A stretch of DNA of 64,000 nt from NCBI GenBank assembly GCA_963666315.2, contig CAXXHG010000032.1:96001-160000 (forward strand), written 5' to 3'. The translations under genes were made by a program, and so were the position numbers. Positions 50,008 to 60,148 of this stretch are shown in pieces. The notes under the pieces are model-generated. The model was not told the origin of the DNA, did not search any database, and was given only the letters and a program-made list of their open reading frames with translations. Origin of the DNA: Candidatus Binatia bacterium (GTDB lineage Bacteria > Desulfobacterota > Binatia > Bin18). The number at the start of each line of letters is the position of its first letter. Within the stretch, counting starts at the first letter, position 1.

Positions 50008-51597
50008 CTAAGAAAGGACTGTTACGCTCTGACCCCCCAGAGTCGGTAACGGTGCCCGTTTCTGGTACTCGAATATCCAAATGAGCAAACACGGAATCGC
50101 GATGATCCATCCCCGCACCCAGTGGTGATGCACGGCCGCGCCAAACCCTTGGATTAGCAAAAACACGCCTAATAGACACACCAACTGCGCCCCGTATAGC
50201 GAGATAGCACCCACCAATACCTGACGCCAGGACCAGAGACCGCTCAGCGCCAATACCAAGAAGAATATGCCCTGAAAAACCGGCAGCGCGGTGAGTACGC
50301 GCTCTGGATTATGGGGGAGCAGCTCAGCCGGGTATACGCCCACGCCGGCTAAAACCTGTTGATAGCTCCAGAGCAGCATTCGCCCATACGCTCCTCCAAC
50401 GAGAAACCAGACGCCGATACCGCCTGCCACGCCCACTCCGAGTCGCAGCCAAAACCGCTGCTTTTGGGCGGGTTCCATGTGTTGTGCTTGCCACCCACCT
50501 AGACCGAGAATAAGCCCCACGATCACTGAGCTCAGCAGGAAGTAATCTTCTATCCAGAGCCACATGGAAGGCCAGTACAGCAGCGCCTCCATCACTCCCA
50601 CCACACGCAGCACGTTGAGGAAATAGAAAAGTGGCAGGAGGAGGACAAGCCAGAGGGCACGCTTACCGAGCGATAACGGCACGACAAGAATAGCGGCGAG
50701 AGCCAAGACGAGGGTTGGCGAAGCGGCGCATCCGGCCCCCACGGAAATGGCCGTACTGCCACTGGTGATGACTGGTCCGGCCGCCTGGGTCGGGGTGCCG
50801 ACCCAACACAGCAGACTCGCGGCCCCACTAGTGACAGCATGTGCAAAGTGATGCGTCGGGGGGCTGCCGAGCACGGCGGATCGGAGTAGCATCAGCACAC
50901 CGACCAGTCCCACAAAGAGAAGGGCCCGCTGCCAGGGGATCGGAAAGGGCATGGGCGCAGCTGTTGTGCGCGCAGCTGTTGTGCGCGCGGATGATTTGTG
51001 CGCGGATGATCTATTCGCGGACGATCTATTCGCGAATGCTTTGGCTCCAGCGATCCAGACAAACCAACTCACAGAGCCAGCGCCGACTAATACGAGTGGC
51101 CACAGGTAGACATGAAAGAGGTCAAACAGCGAGCCGTCTTCAACCAAAAAGAGCACGAGAATACGCACAAAGTTCAGCAGCTGAAAGAGCATCAGCCCCC
51201 ACACTATGCCTCCGAACCGCCACAGCCACGGAGCTGGGTAGACCGCAGTGACGGCTAAATAAACCCCGATCACCTCCAGCCCACTACACTCTTCAGAGAC
51301 TCTGAGGCTGTGTCCCCCTACGGATAACACTTCACCGTTGACGGACACTTCGTGACCGAGCCACTGGAGCGATGTGGCAGCGATCTGAGCCAAGAACTCT
51401 GCCCACGGCTGGAGTACATACGCCTGAACCACGGGCAAGCGCAAGACGACAAACAGGCCAACCAAGGCCAGCAGCGCCCCGCCAAGAAAGTAGAGGAGTT
51501 GGGAGCGGAAACCTTGGTCCGGCTCTATGTCTGCGCGAGGAGAATGGATTCCTCCTGCTGGCGTTGCAGTGTGAGTCATCGGCTCTGTCGGTAGCAT
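50008..51597 (-). CDS. Exosortase/archaeosortase family protein with two tandem sortase domains
   Basis: Domain 1 EECSG..LNFVRI..FHVYLW (Cys/Arg/His); domain 2 AGCAA..LNVLRV..IEDY (no His); extra C-terminal TM region. Confidence 0.8.
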   Translation of the reverse strand: MLPTEPMTHTATPAGGIHSPRADIEPDQGFRSQLLYFLGGALLALVGLFVVLRLPVVQAYVLQPWAEFLAQIAATSLQWLGHEVSVNGEVLSVGGHSLRVSEECSGLEVIGVYLAVTAVYPAPWLWRFGGIVWGLMLFQLLNFVRILVLFLVEDGSLFDLFHVYLWPLVLVGAGSVSWFVWIAGAKAFANRSSANRSSAHKSSARTTAARTTAAPMPFPIPWQRALLFVGLVGVLMLLRSAVLGSPPTHHFAHAVTSGAASLLCWVGTPTQAAGPVITSGSTAISVGAGCAASPTLVLALAAILVVPLSLGKRALWLVLLLPLFYFLNVLRVVGVMEALLYWPSMWLWIEDYFLLSSVIVGLILGLGGWQAQHMEPAQKQRFWLRLGVGVAGGIGVWFLVGGAYGRMLLWSYQQVLAGVGVYPAELLPHNPERVLTALPVFQGIFFLVLALSGLWSWRQVLVGAISLYGAQLVCLLGVFLLIQGFGAAVHHHWVRGWIIAIPCLLIWIFEYQKRAPLPTLGGQSVTVLS

Positions 51598-51854
51598 TCA
51601 GCCCTTCCCTCAATCTAGATTCCAGCCAAGAATAGACTGACCCATGCTGCGGGAGCAGCGGAAGGCTGGGGCTTCATGAGGGACTCTCCTTTTTCTGCCC
51701 TTCCGACTCTATGCCTTTCGTCAATACACGGTCAAGGTAAGTGAGCAATTCCGATGACATTTCGGCTGAATAAGAGAATGTATTGGGAGAAGGTCTTCGC
51801 CTATCTTTCCGGCCCCCTGCCTGTTATGCGAAAACGAAGCGAAGGAGACAGACT

Positions 51855-52250
51855 ATGGCAATACGCACAGACATTACCCCACAAGCGATGCAGACTATTC
51901 GAGCACGCTTTCGCTATTCGCCCGGCGTACGAGCCGGCAATTTGCTCTATATTGCGGGCCAAGTCGGTCGGGATGAGAACTTGCAAGTCGTCGTTGATAA
52001 AGAAGCCCAGTTCGCTCAGGCATTTGAAAATGTGAAGCAGGTATTGACTGAGGCCGGGGCGACGTTTGACGATGTGGTGGAGATGGTCACCTACCATACG
52101 GATATGCGCGACCTTGAACTTTTTATCTCGGTCAAAGATCGCTATATCACCAATCTCGACCGTCTTCCGACCTGGACAGGCATCGGAACGACAGCGCTGG
52201 CTATGCCCGGACTCTTGGTCGAGATTAAATGCACGGCCTATCTTGAATAG
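51855..52250 (+). CDS. RidA/YjgF family protein
   Basis: YSPGVRAGNLLYIAGQVG, LLVEIKCTAY. Confidence 0.88.
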   Translation: MAIRTDITPQAMQTIRARFRYSPGVRAGNLLYIAGQVGRDENLQVVVDKEAQFAQAFENVKQVLTEAGATFDDVVEMVTYHTDMRDLELFISVKDRYITNLDRLPTWTGIGTTALAMPGLLVEIKCTAYLE

Positions 52251-52278
52251 GTTTGCCGATTCCTAGAAAGCAGACTTT

Positions 52279-53592
52279 ATGCAGCAATCAGCACAGCCAG
52301 CACAACTCGCACAACAGCCCTCCTACGGTTGGGTCATCGTCGGGGTTGGTCTCGTGATCAGCCTATGCATGTACGGAGTCATCGAGTCCTTTGCCATTAT
52401 GTTTAAGCCTCTTGCTGAGCAGTTCGAATGGGACCGGGCGACTGTTTCGGTTGCGTCGATGATAAGCTGGATCAGCTTTGGCCTCTCTAGCCTAGTGTGT
52501 GGCCGGCTGAGTGATCGTTTTGGTTCAAAGTGGATAATCATAGGCGGCTGTCTGTTTTTTGTCACAGGAACGTTTCTGATGAGTCAGATCCAGTCGTTGT
52601 GGCAGCTGTATCTGTATTTTGGCGTTATCCTAGCCATTGGACGGTCTGCGACCGGGGTGCCGATGGTCGCCCTGGTCACGAAGTGGTTTGTGAAACGACA
52701 GGGCCTCGCACTGGCGATCGCCCAATCACAAAACGTGGGCTCGGCCGTCTTTGCTCCGTTGGTCGTTTTCCTCCTTGCCCGCAACGATTGGCGGGGTGTA
52801 TATATCTGGCTTGGGGTGGTCACCCTGATCGTCCTTCCTTTTTCGCTGCTCATGCGGGATAGGCCTGTTGCCTCGGTTTCGGCTCAGGGGATGGGCTCGG
52901 CTCTCAAAGGTTCTGTCCAAGGCTCTGCTCAGCCGGGAAGTGATCCAGTCCCAACCTCGGCATCTAGTGCATCTGGCATGACCCTGGGCGAGGCTATGCG
53001 GACACGAGTGTTTTGGACGCTCAACTTCATGGTCCTGGGCTGCTGTATGTGTCACTCGTGCATTTTGCTGCACGGGTTCAGCCATATGACCGACGTGGGC
53101 ATGCTGGAGTCGGTTGCCGCCCGGGTGGTGATGCTGATGGCTGTGTTCGGCATGATCGGTAAAATTGCCAACGGCCTGTTAGCCGATCGCATCGGTGCGA
53201 AATGGGCGATAGCCCTTTTTCTTGGTTTACAGGCGGTGATGATTCCCTTTTTTATTGAAGCCCGCCAGACTCCCTCTTTCTACTCCTGGGCCGTCCTGTT
53301 TGGGCTAGGGTTCGGCGGGCCGATGCCCGTGTATGCCATGCTCTTCCGGGAATATTTCGGCACACGGGCGATTGGGACGATCTTGGGAGTCTTTTTTATG
53401 GTGGCGTCTATAGGTATGGGCTCGGGCGGTATGATGGCTGGACTATTGCATACCCAGTTTGGGAGCTATGTCGTGCCGTTTCTGACCGGTGCGAGCACGG
53501 GTATAATCTCTGCCTTGCTGGCACTCACGCTGCCTTCTCCAAAACGCGTCGCTCCGATGTCAGCACCACAGATGGCTTTGCAGACAAGCTGA
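52279..53592 (+). CDS. MFS transporter (OFA/MCT-like)
   Basis: YGWVIVG, GRLSDRFG, KWFVKRQGLA, GLLADRIG; 12 TM pattern. Confidence 0.88.
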   Translation: MQQSAQPAQLAQQPSYGWVIVGVGLVISLCMYGVIESFAIMFKPLAEQFEWDRATVSVASMISWISFGLSSLVCGRLSDRFGSKWIIIGGCLFFVTGTFLMSQIQSLWQLYLYFGVILAIGRSATGVPMVALVTKWFVKRQGLALAIAQSQNVGSAVFAPLVVFLLARNDWRGVYIWLGVVTLIVLPFSLLMRDRPVASVSAQGMGSALKGSVQGSAQPGSDPVPTSASSASGMTLGEAMRTRVFWTLNFMVLGCCMCHSCILLHGFSHMTDVGMLESVAARVVMLMAVFGMIGKIANGLLADRIGAKWAIALFLGLQAVMIPFFIEARQTPSFYSWAVLFGLGFGGPMPVYAMLFREYFGTRAIGTILGVFFMVASIGMGSGGMMAGLLHTQFGSYVVPFLTGASTGIISALLALTLPSPKRVAPMSAPQMALQTS

Positions 53593-53629
53593 CCAAGCTG
53601 ACCAAGCTGACCAGGTTGACCAAGTGGAC
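53585..53629. repeat. 9-bp tandem repeat x5
   Basis: CAAGCTGAC x3, CAGGTTGAC, CAAGTGGAC. Confidence 0.85.
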
Positions 53630-53676
53630 AAGAGGGGCACGAAAGCTTTCTTGCCCCTCGCCCTCTCCTATCCTGG

Positions 53677-54872
53677 TTACGAGAGGAGGTGGGCCGTGGT
53701 CCCGTCGCGATGTTTCTTGAGGTAGGGCATGAACGGTGTCCCGCGCGCGCCGAGATCGGTCGGGTTGTCAGCGCGACACTGGTTCTGGCGATGGATATAA
53801 CGCCCCGCGTACTCCAGGTGGGTGGAACGGAAGAGTCCAATCTGCTGTATACAGGCGTCGTACGCGCAGCGCAGCCCAGGAGCCTGTTGACGCTGCGCCA
53901 GAACATACTCACGAATACAAGGGCCTTGTTCGATAGCCGCAATACCGACACGGTGGCGGGGGGGCATATAGGCGCGCATTTCTCGCAGGTATGGACGCAG
54001 CGGATCGTCTCTATGCCCGATGCTCAGTGCAGCATCAAGACAAGGAATAAGAGAACTCTGGGCTCCAGTTTTGCCGCGAAACTGTTGTGGTTGGCCCTTA
54101 TAGGACGTCACGCCTTGATACACGACGCCGTACGGGAGAGCGGGCTGGTCCTTCCAGCCGTGGATATACGGTCGTACTCGGTGGTAAATAGATATACGGG
54201 TCGCACTGTTCCGGCATACGCAGCAGGGTGGTGTACATATCCTGCACGGCAGCAGCGATGAGGACCAGTTGGTGTTCGAGTTCGTCCGGCCGGTCTTCGC
54301 TCACAGCTCTTTGGGCTGAACCGATTGCTCTGAGCGCCGGTGCAGCCTTCGCTTCGATATCGACGTGGATGAGAACAAACCATTCTTCGTCCAAGCCGGC
54401 CAAGAAATTCTGTTGCAGGACGATGTTGCCTAACGCGATTGGCCCGGTGGGGTCCAGCCGGCGCCAGTTGTCGAGCGCATACGAAGCGTAGGACAGGACC
54501 GGTGGACGATCGAGTTGGTGGGCCACGGCATGCCACGGGACTGCTACACCGCTCGGCACATGGTCCACGGCCTCCTTGCCACCCCACACATAACCATGGC
54601 CAAAATATGATAACAACATCATCGCCCGGCGGAGCTGAGCTTCGCCGTGTAAAGCAGCCACATCAAGTATCGGCAGCTGCTCCAGATATGGAGCGTAGGG
54701 TTTCTGCAGCCAGCAACTTCGGGATGTCTCCCGCAATCTCCTCCCAGCGGTCGAAGTCCCGAGGCAGACGATCGAGCGGATCTGGCGATGGAAGAAATCC
54801 TCGCTCTAGATCGACAAAGACGAGGTCAGCGGTTGAATGGGGTAGAGACGACTGGTTTTGAGCTTGTGACAT
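53677..54872 (-). pseudogene. Bacterial indoleamine 2,3-dioxygenase with two frameshifts
   Basis: RGFLP, LSYASYALDNW, DEEWFVLIHVDIE, VRPYIHGW, GAQSS, YMPPRHR spread over three frames. Confidence 0.85.
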
Positions 54873-55050
54873 GGGCAAATCCTCTTCTTCTATACTGGCC
54901 CATACTCTGGTACTAAATGAAACTTGACCCGTGCGCTAACAAAGCAGTATGAGGAGACGACTAGGGAGAGATTTCCGCAGCGCGGCTAGCGCTGGCAGCG
55001 CCCGGTGGTGGAGAGTTCACACGTCAAGCAAGTTACGAAGGAGGCAGACT

Positions 55051-56235
55051 ATGCAATTTTTTAGCTTCCATCTCATGCCCTGGCCACACCTGCCACAGGA
55101 TTTTGACGACACGTCAAAATATCCCACAGCTTGGGTCACGTTCTCCAATGAGCACTACGATTCTGAAAAAGGGCACGACCTGTATAATCGCTATCTGGAT
55201 GAGCTGGAGTATGCAGAAACGTTAGGCTTCGATGGCGTATGCGTGAACGAGCATCATCAAAACACGTATGGCACCATGCCGTCGCCCAATATTATTGCCG
55301 CCCTGCTTGCACGCAGAACCAGTCGGGTCAAGATCGCCATGGTCGGCAACGGGCTGCCGTTGCGCGATCATCCGCTACGGGTAGCAGAAGAGGTTGCTAT
55401 GCTCGACGTCGTTACTGGCGGGCGCATTATCTCTGGTTTTGTACGTGGTATCGGGTGCGAATATTACTCCATGGGGATCAATCCCACGCACTCTCTTGCC
55501 CGCTTTCGGGAGGCGCATGATTTGATTATTCGCGCCTGGACCGAGACCGGTCCGTTTAACTTTGACGGCGAACACTACCAGGTCCGCTATGTCAACGTCT
55601 GGCCGCGTCCGTTTCAAAAACCGCATCCTCCCATCTGGATCCCCGGTTTTGGCAGTAAAGAGACCATGAGCTGGTGCGCTGATCCGGATCGCAAGTATCC
55701 CTATTTAGCCGTGTATATGTCTGATGCCCTCGTCAAAACGTATTTCGATCAATACCGTGCGGAAGCCGAGAAATGTGGATATACAGCTTCTCCGTACCAG
55801 CTGGGTCATCTGCTCCCCATCTATGTAGCCGAGACCGACGAGCGTGCCCGTGAAGAAGCCGCAGACCACATCCTGTGGCTTTACCACCGGGGGTTGCGGA
55901 TTCCGTTGAACATGCTCTTCCCTCCAGGGTATGTGACGCATGAGTCCATGCAGCGTATTTTGGGGATGGCTGATGATCTCGACTATGCCAAGATGTCTTT
56001 CGATGACCTGAATGATCGTGGCTATTGCGTCGTGGGCGGTGTGGAGACCGTCAAGCAACGGCTCGCCGCTTCTATTAAAGAATTGGGCTACGGTATTTTA
56101 CTGTCCCTCCTCCAGATTGGTGACATGCCCCACTACCGGACCGTCAAAAATATGGAGCTGTTCGCCACTGAGGTCATACCGTATTTGAGAAAAGAGTTTC
56201 AGGGCATGCAGGAGAAGTGGGCCCAGGCTGCGTAG
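55051..56235 (+). CDS. LLM class flavin-dependent oxidoreductase
   Basis: FHLMPW, VNEHHQ, PLRVAEE.AMLD, PFQKPHPPIW; ATG 55051 after GGAGG. Confidence 0.9.
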   Translation: MQFFSFHLMPWPHLPQDFDDTSKYPTAWVTFSNEHYDSEKGHDLYNRYLDELEYAETLGFDGVCVNEHHQNTYGTMPSPNIIAALLARRTSRVKIAMVGNGLPLRDHPLRVAEEVAMLDVVTGGRIISGFVRGIGCEYYSMGINPTHSLARFREAHDLIIRAWTETGPFNFDGEHYQVRYVNVWPRPFQKPHPPIWIPGFGSKETMSWCADPDRKYPYLAVYMSDALVKTYFDQYRAEAEKCGYTASPYQLGHLLPIYVAETDERAREEAADHILWLYHRGLRIPLNMLFPPGYVTHESMQRILGMADDLDYAKMSFDDLNDRGYCVVGGVETVKQRLAASIKELGYGILLSLLQIGDMPHYRTVKNMELFATEVIPYLRKEFQGMQEKWAQAA

Positions 56236-56276
56236 GGGAGGACCGGAGCTTTGTGCTTCGATCCTTTCAGACGGCT

Positions 56277-57065
56277 CTATACATCGCTCGCGAGTTGCTG
56301 CAGGACCTCAAGAACAGCCTGATGAATGTGACCGTTTGACGCAAGCGTTTGCTCACCGTGAAGATCAAAGCTGGCGCCGGAGAAGTCACTCGTCCGGCCT
56401 CCGGCTTCTTCGACCAGGAGTGAGCCGGCTGCAATATCCCACGGGTATAGCCGCCACTCCCAGAAGCCATCCGCCCGGCCACAGGCCACTTAGCACAAGT
56501 CGAGCGCAGTAGAACCGCTCCGTCTGACGCCGTGGGTGCGCAGCATAAAGGCTTCATAGTAATGGAGATAAAATGCGCTTCGCCTGCGGCGATCATACGG
56601 GAAACCTGTCAGCAGCAGACTCTGATCAAGTTGTGCGGCGGAAGAGACATGAATCGGATTTCCGTTTAGATACGCGCCTCCGTTACGACTGGCGCAGAAG
56701 GTCTCATTGCGAAGCTGGTCGTGGACCACACCTACAATGATTTTCGACTCATAGGCGAGGGCGATAGAAACGGCAAAGTGCGGATAGGTGTGAGCAAAAT
56801 TTGTGGTTCCATCTAGTGGATCGATATACCAACAATATGGACTGTCCGGGCCGGATCTGGCCGATTCCTCTGCGATAATTTTGTGGGTTGGAAAACGCGA
56901 ACGCAGCATAGCGGTAATCAGATGATCAGCCGCTTTACCCATATTGGTGACCAGATCGACCATGTCGGTTTTTATTTCGACTTGTTTGGTCTTGAGCCAG
57001 TTCTCTTTGAGAAGAACGCCTGCTTGCAGCGCCGCATCGTGGGCGGCTGTTATGAACGCTTGCAC
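56277..57065 (-). pseudogene. suhB: Inositol monophosphatase (SuhB-like) with in-frame TAA at 56490-56492
   Basis: WYIDPLDGTTNFAH; ..[23 protein letters not shown] in one frame. Confidence 0.85.
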
Positions 57066-57126
57066 AGAGGTATTGTGGCAAGCGCGTTTGGCGCCTGCAA
57101 TATGACGATGTAAAGAAAGTCTATCC

Positions 57127-58023
57127 GTGCGTATCTTTGCCCCAGCAAAAGTCAATCTTTTTCTGCGTATTGTCGGCCGCCGGTCCGATGGTTATCACTT
57201 GCTGTATTCTCTCATGGCTCCGGTGAGTTTATATGACGCAATTGAGATTCAGGCCGAGAGGCGAGCGCAAAACGAGTCACGAGTCACATTGACCTGTGAC
57301 AAGCCGGACCTGCCGACTGACCAATCGAATCTTGCCTGTCGAGCCGCTCTACTCATATGTAGAGCAACCGACACTACAGCGACTATGAGGATTGATCTGC
57401 AAAAAAATATTCCGGCCGGTGCAGGTTTAGGCGGTGGGAGTAGCGATGCCGCCGCCGTGCTCAAGGCCCTCAATCGTTTGCTGTCCTTGGGGCTGAATGT
57501 CTCCCAACTCTGCCAGCTGGCAGCGCAAATCGGGACGGACGTCCCTTTTTTCATCCCTTGTGGCTTAGCCCGAGTAAGCGGGGTTGGGGAAATCCTGACT
57601 CCTCTTGCGCCTCTCCCTCGGCGCTGGCTGGTGATTGTAGTGCCGTCTATTGCTGTTTCTACACCATGGGCCTATCGGCGCTTTGATGAGCTTTCCCCTG
57701 ACGTGGAGTGCCTCCCCGCCGATTTGGATGTGGAGTGCCCCCCCGCCGATTCGACACTGCAAATCACAGCGCAGCAGTGGCCGGACGTCGGTGTTTTTGT
57801 CAACGACCTTGAGCAGGCCGTTTTGCCGGAACACCCGCTCATCGCACAGAGCAAGCGTCGGCTTCTTGAACTCGGTGCTGAGATGGCCCTGATGTCTGGC
57901 AGTGGCTCTGCCGTCTTCGGCGTCTTTGCACAGCACTTCCAGGCCCAGCAGGCTGCAGCGACTTTCACCGACTCCGAACAGGCGTTTGTTGTGACACTAG
58001 TAGAGCAGGCTCCGGAAGAGTGA
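57127..58023 (+). CDS. ispE: 4-diphosphocytidyl-2-C-methyl-D-erythritol kinase
   Basis: APAKVNLFL, KNIPAGAGLGGGSSDAA, MSGSGS. Confidence 0.95.
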   Translation: MRIFAPAKVNLFLRIVGRRSDGYHLLYSLMAPVSLYDAIEIQAERRAQNESRVTLTCDKPDLPTDQSNLACRAALLICRATDTTATMRIDLQKNIPAGAGLGGGSSDAAAVLKALNRLLSLGLNVSQLCQLAAQIGTDVPFFIPCGLARVSGVGEILTPLAPLPRRWLVIVVPSIAVSTPWAYRRFDELSPDVECLPADLDVECPPADSTLQITAQQWPDVGVFVNDLEQAVLPEHPLIAQSKRRLLELGAEMALMSGSGSAVFGVFAQHFQAQQAAATFTDSEQAFVVTLVEQAPEE

Positions 58024-58310
58024 TTTCTTCTGCCTTCATTAGCATCGCTGTTATACTGTCACAGGTGGGAGCGCAGGTTGCTCTCTTGCTATCAACCGCG
58101 GTAGACTCTCTCCAGGAAAGGTGCTAAGAACATCGACCTCGAATGGCAGCTTGATCTTCTATAATCGGCTGATTTCATTTGACAATTGAACGACAATGGA
58201 ATGCTAGTATAGTCTGTCCGGTTAAGGAGGGTGGGTGGAAGTGCTGGTTGAGCTAGTCGTACGTGAAGAAAAGAATAAAGACAGCGAGAGGGGAAGAGCA
58301 GCCGTAGTGA

Positions 58311-58384
58311 TGGGGAGTAGCCAAGTCTGGCAAGGCACCGGGTTTTGGTCCCGGCATTCGCAGGTTCGAATCCTGCCTCCCCAG
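58311..58384 (+). tRNA. tRNA-Gln(TTG)
   Basis: Acceptor TGGGGAG/CTCCCCA, anticodon arm CCGGG-TTTTGGT-CCCGG, T arm GGTTCGAATCC; CCA not encoded. Confidence 0.95.
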
Positions 58385-58431
58385 CTGCCTTTCTGGGACG
58401 AGGTCGTAGTAGCCTGTTCATGTGAGACGCC

Positions 58432-59397
58432 GTGTTAAAAATATTTGCTGGAAATTCAAATCTCCCGCTTGCGCAAGAGATTTGCGCTTCCCAGGACAGT
58501 TCACTCGGTACGGCTGATATCCGTACGTTTAGTGATGGTGAGATCGCGGTTGAGATCACGGAGAACGTCCGTGGGGGCGACATCTTTGTCGTCCAGTCCA
58601 TCTGTACTCCTGGCAACGATCATCTGATGGAGCTGCTCCTGATGATAGATGCCTTCAAGCGCGCGTCGGCCAATCGTATTACCGCTGTGATCCCGTATTA
58701 TGGATACGCCCGACAAGACCGAAAAGTTGCACCCCGGGTGCCCATTAGTGCCAAACTGGTTGCCGACTTAATAACGACGGCTGGCGCGTCTCGGGTGCTG
58801 ACCGTTGAATTACACGCCGGACAGATCCAGGGCTTTTTTAACATCCCTGTCGATAATCTCTTTTCTTCGCAGGTCTTATTGCCGTATTTGCAGTCTCGGA
58901 TCGGCCGTGAGCCCGTCAGTGTTGTTTCGCCCGATGCCGGAGGGGTGGAGCGTGCACGCGCATTCGCTAAGCGCATGGGGGCGTCTTTAGCAATTATTGA
59001 TAAACGCCGTGCCCAGGAGGAGGACAGTGCGATTGACGGAAAAGCGAACCGCGACGTTGTCGAAATGAATGTCATTGGTGAGGTTGATGGGCGTATCGCT
59101 ATTCTGGTTGATGATATGGTAGACACCGCAGGAACGTTGACGGCAGCGGCCGACGCGATCCAGGCTGCCGGCGCAAAGTCGGTGATTGCCTGCTGTACCC
59201 ATGCGGTGCTGTCCGGGCCGGCTATCGAGCGCATCCAGGCCTCAGCCCTCGAAGAGTTGGTTGTCACAAACTCCATTCCACTCAGGCCAGAGGCACGAGC
59301 TGTTGAGAAAATTCGGGTCCTTTCTTTGGCCCCGCTTATTGGAGAAGCCATCCGTCGGATACATAATGAAGAATCAATTAGCTCCTTGTTTGCGTAA
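58432..59397 (+). CDS. prs: Ribose-phosphate pyrophosphokinase
   Basis: [31 protein letters not shown]. Confidence 0.97.
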   Translation: MLKIFAGNSNLPLAQEICASQDSSLGTADIRTFSDGEIAVEITENVRGGDIFVVQSICTPGNDHLMELLLMIDAFKRASANRITAVIPYYGYARQDRKVAPRVPISAKLVADLITTAGASRVLTVELHAGQIQGFFNIPVDNLFSSQVLLPYLQSRIGREPVSVVSPDAGGVERARAFAKRMGASLAIIDKRRAQEEDSAIDGKANRDVVEMNVIGEVDGRIAILVDDMVDTAGTLTAAADAIQAAGAKSVIACCTHAVLSGPAIERIQASALEELVVTNSIPLRPEARAVEKIRVLSLAPLIGEAIRRIHNEESISSLFA

Positions 59398-59420
59398 GAT
59401 CCAAAGAGAAAAGGATATCA

Positions 59421-60080
59421 ATGGAAACCATAAAACTCAGTGTTGTGCCAAGACAAGAAAAAGGCAAAGGCAAAGCTGGCCGACTGCGTAGGAGTGGCAA
59501 GGTGCCTGGAATCTTTTATGGTCCAGGCAAAGAGGCTGTTTCGGTGTGTGTGAATACACGCGAGTTTCAGCAGCAGGTCGCAGACCTCGAGGGATCACAC
59601 CTCATCCAGTTCCTCTCAGAGGAAGCAGAGCTGAATGAAAAAATTGTACTGCTCAAAGAGGTGCAGCAGGATCCGATAACAACAGACCCGCTCCATATTG
59701 ACTTTTATGCGATCGATGTGAACGTGCCTGTCCAAGTTGGGGTGGTGCTCCATCTGACGGGTCGAGCGGAAGGCGTGACTGCTGGTGGTTCTCTACAACA
59801 CGCCCGGCGGGAAGTGAGGCTGGAATGCCTGCCGCTCGATATCCCGGATTTCATTGAGATTGATGTGTCGCATTTAGGTATTAGCGATGCCATCCACGTT
59901 AAAGATCTGACTCTCCCGCCGAACGTCAAGTCTTTGGATGACGCACAGCTCATGCTTGTGTCTGTGGCTGCCCCGGTTGCAGAACCAACGACTGAGGAAG
60001 AGGCTGTGGAAGGTGAGACAGCGGCTGCAGAGGGTGAAACTCCAGCTGAGGGGGAAGGCGAGGCGCGCTCTACTGAGTAA
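59421..60080 (+). CDS. rplY: 50S ribosomal protein L25/Ctc
   Basis: RLRRSGKVPGIFYG, LHIDFY, CTC C-domain. Confidence 0.95.
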   Translation: METIKLSVVPRQEKGKGKAGRLRRSGKVPGIFYGPGKEAVSVCVNTREFQQQVADLEGSHLIQFLSEEAELNEKIVLLKEVQQDPITTDPLHIDFYAIDVNVPVQVGVVLHLTGRAEGVTAGGSLQHARREVRLECLPLDIPDFIEIDVSHLGISDAIHVKDLTLPPNVKSLDDAQLMLVSVAAPVAEPTTEEEAVEGETAAAEGETPAEGEGEARSTE

Positions 60081-60148
60081 TGCCCCTGACGGGCTGCGGG
60101 GTGTGAAGTGCACTCGTCCTTGATGTAATAGCGAGATGAAATGCGATA

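Noticed and set aside
53585-53629. Repeat arrays as possible CRISPR
   Set aside because: Contiguous 9-bp units without spacers; no cas genes; no repeat-spacer array seen anywhere in the window
18461-57065. Alternative genetic code as the cause of in-frame stops
   Set aside because: The interruptions use all three stop codons (TAG, TGA, TAA), and all three terminate intact genes in this window
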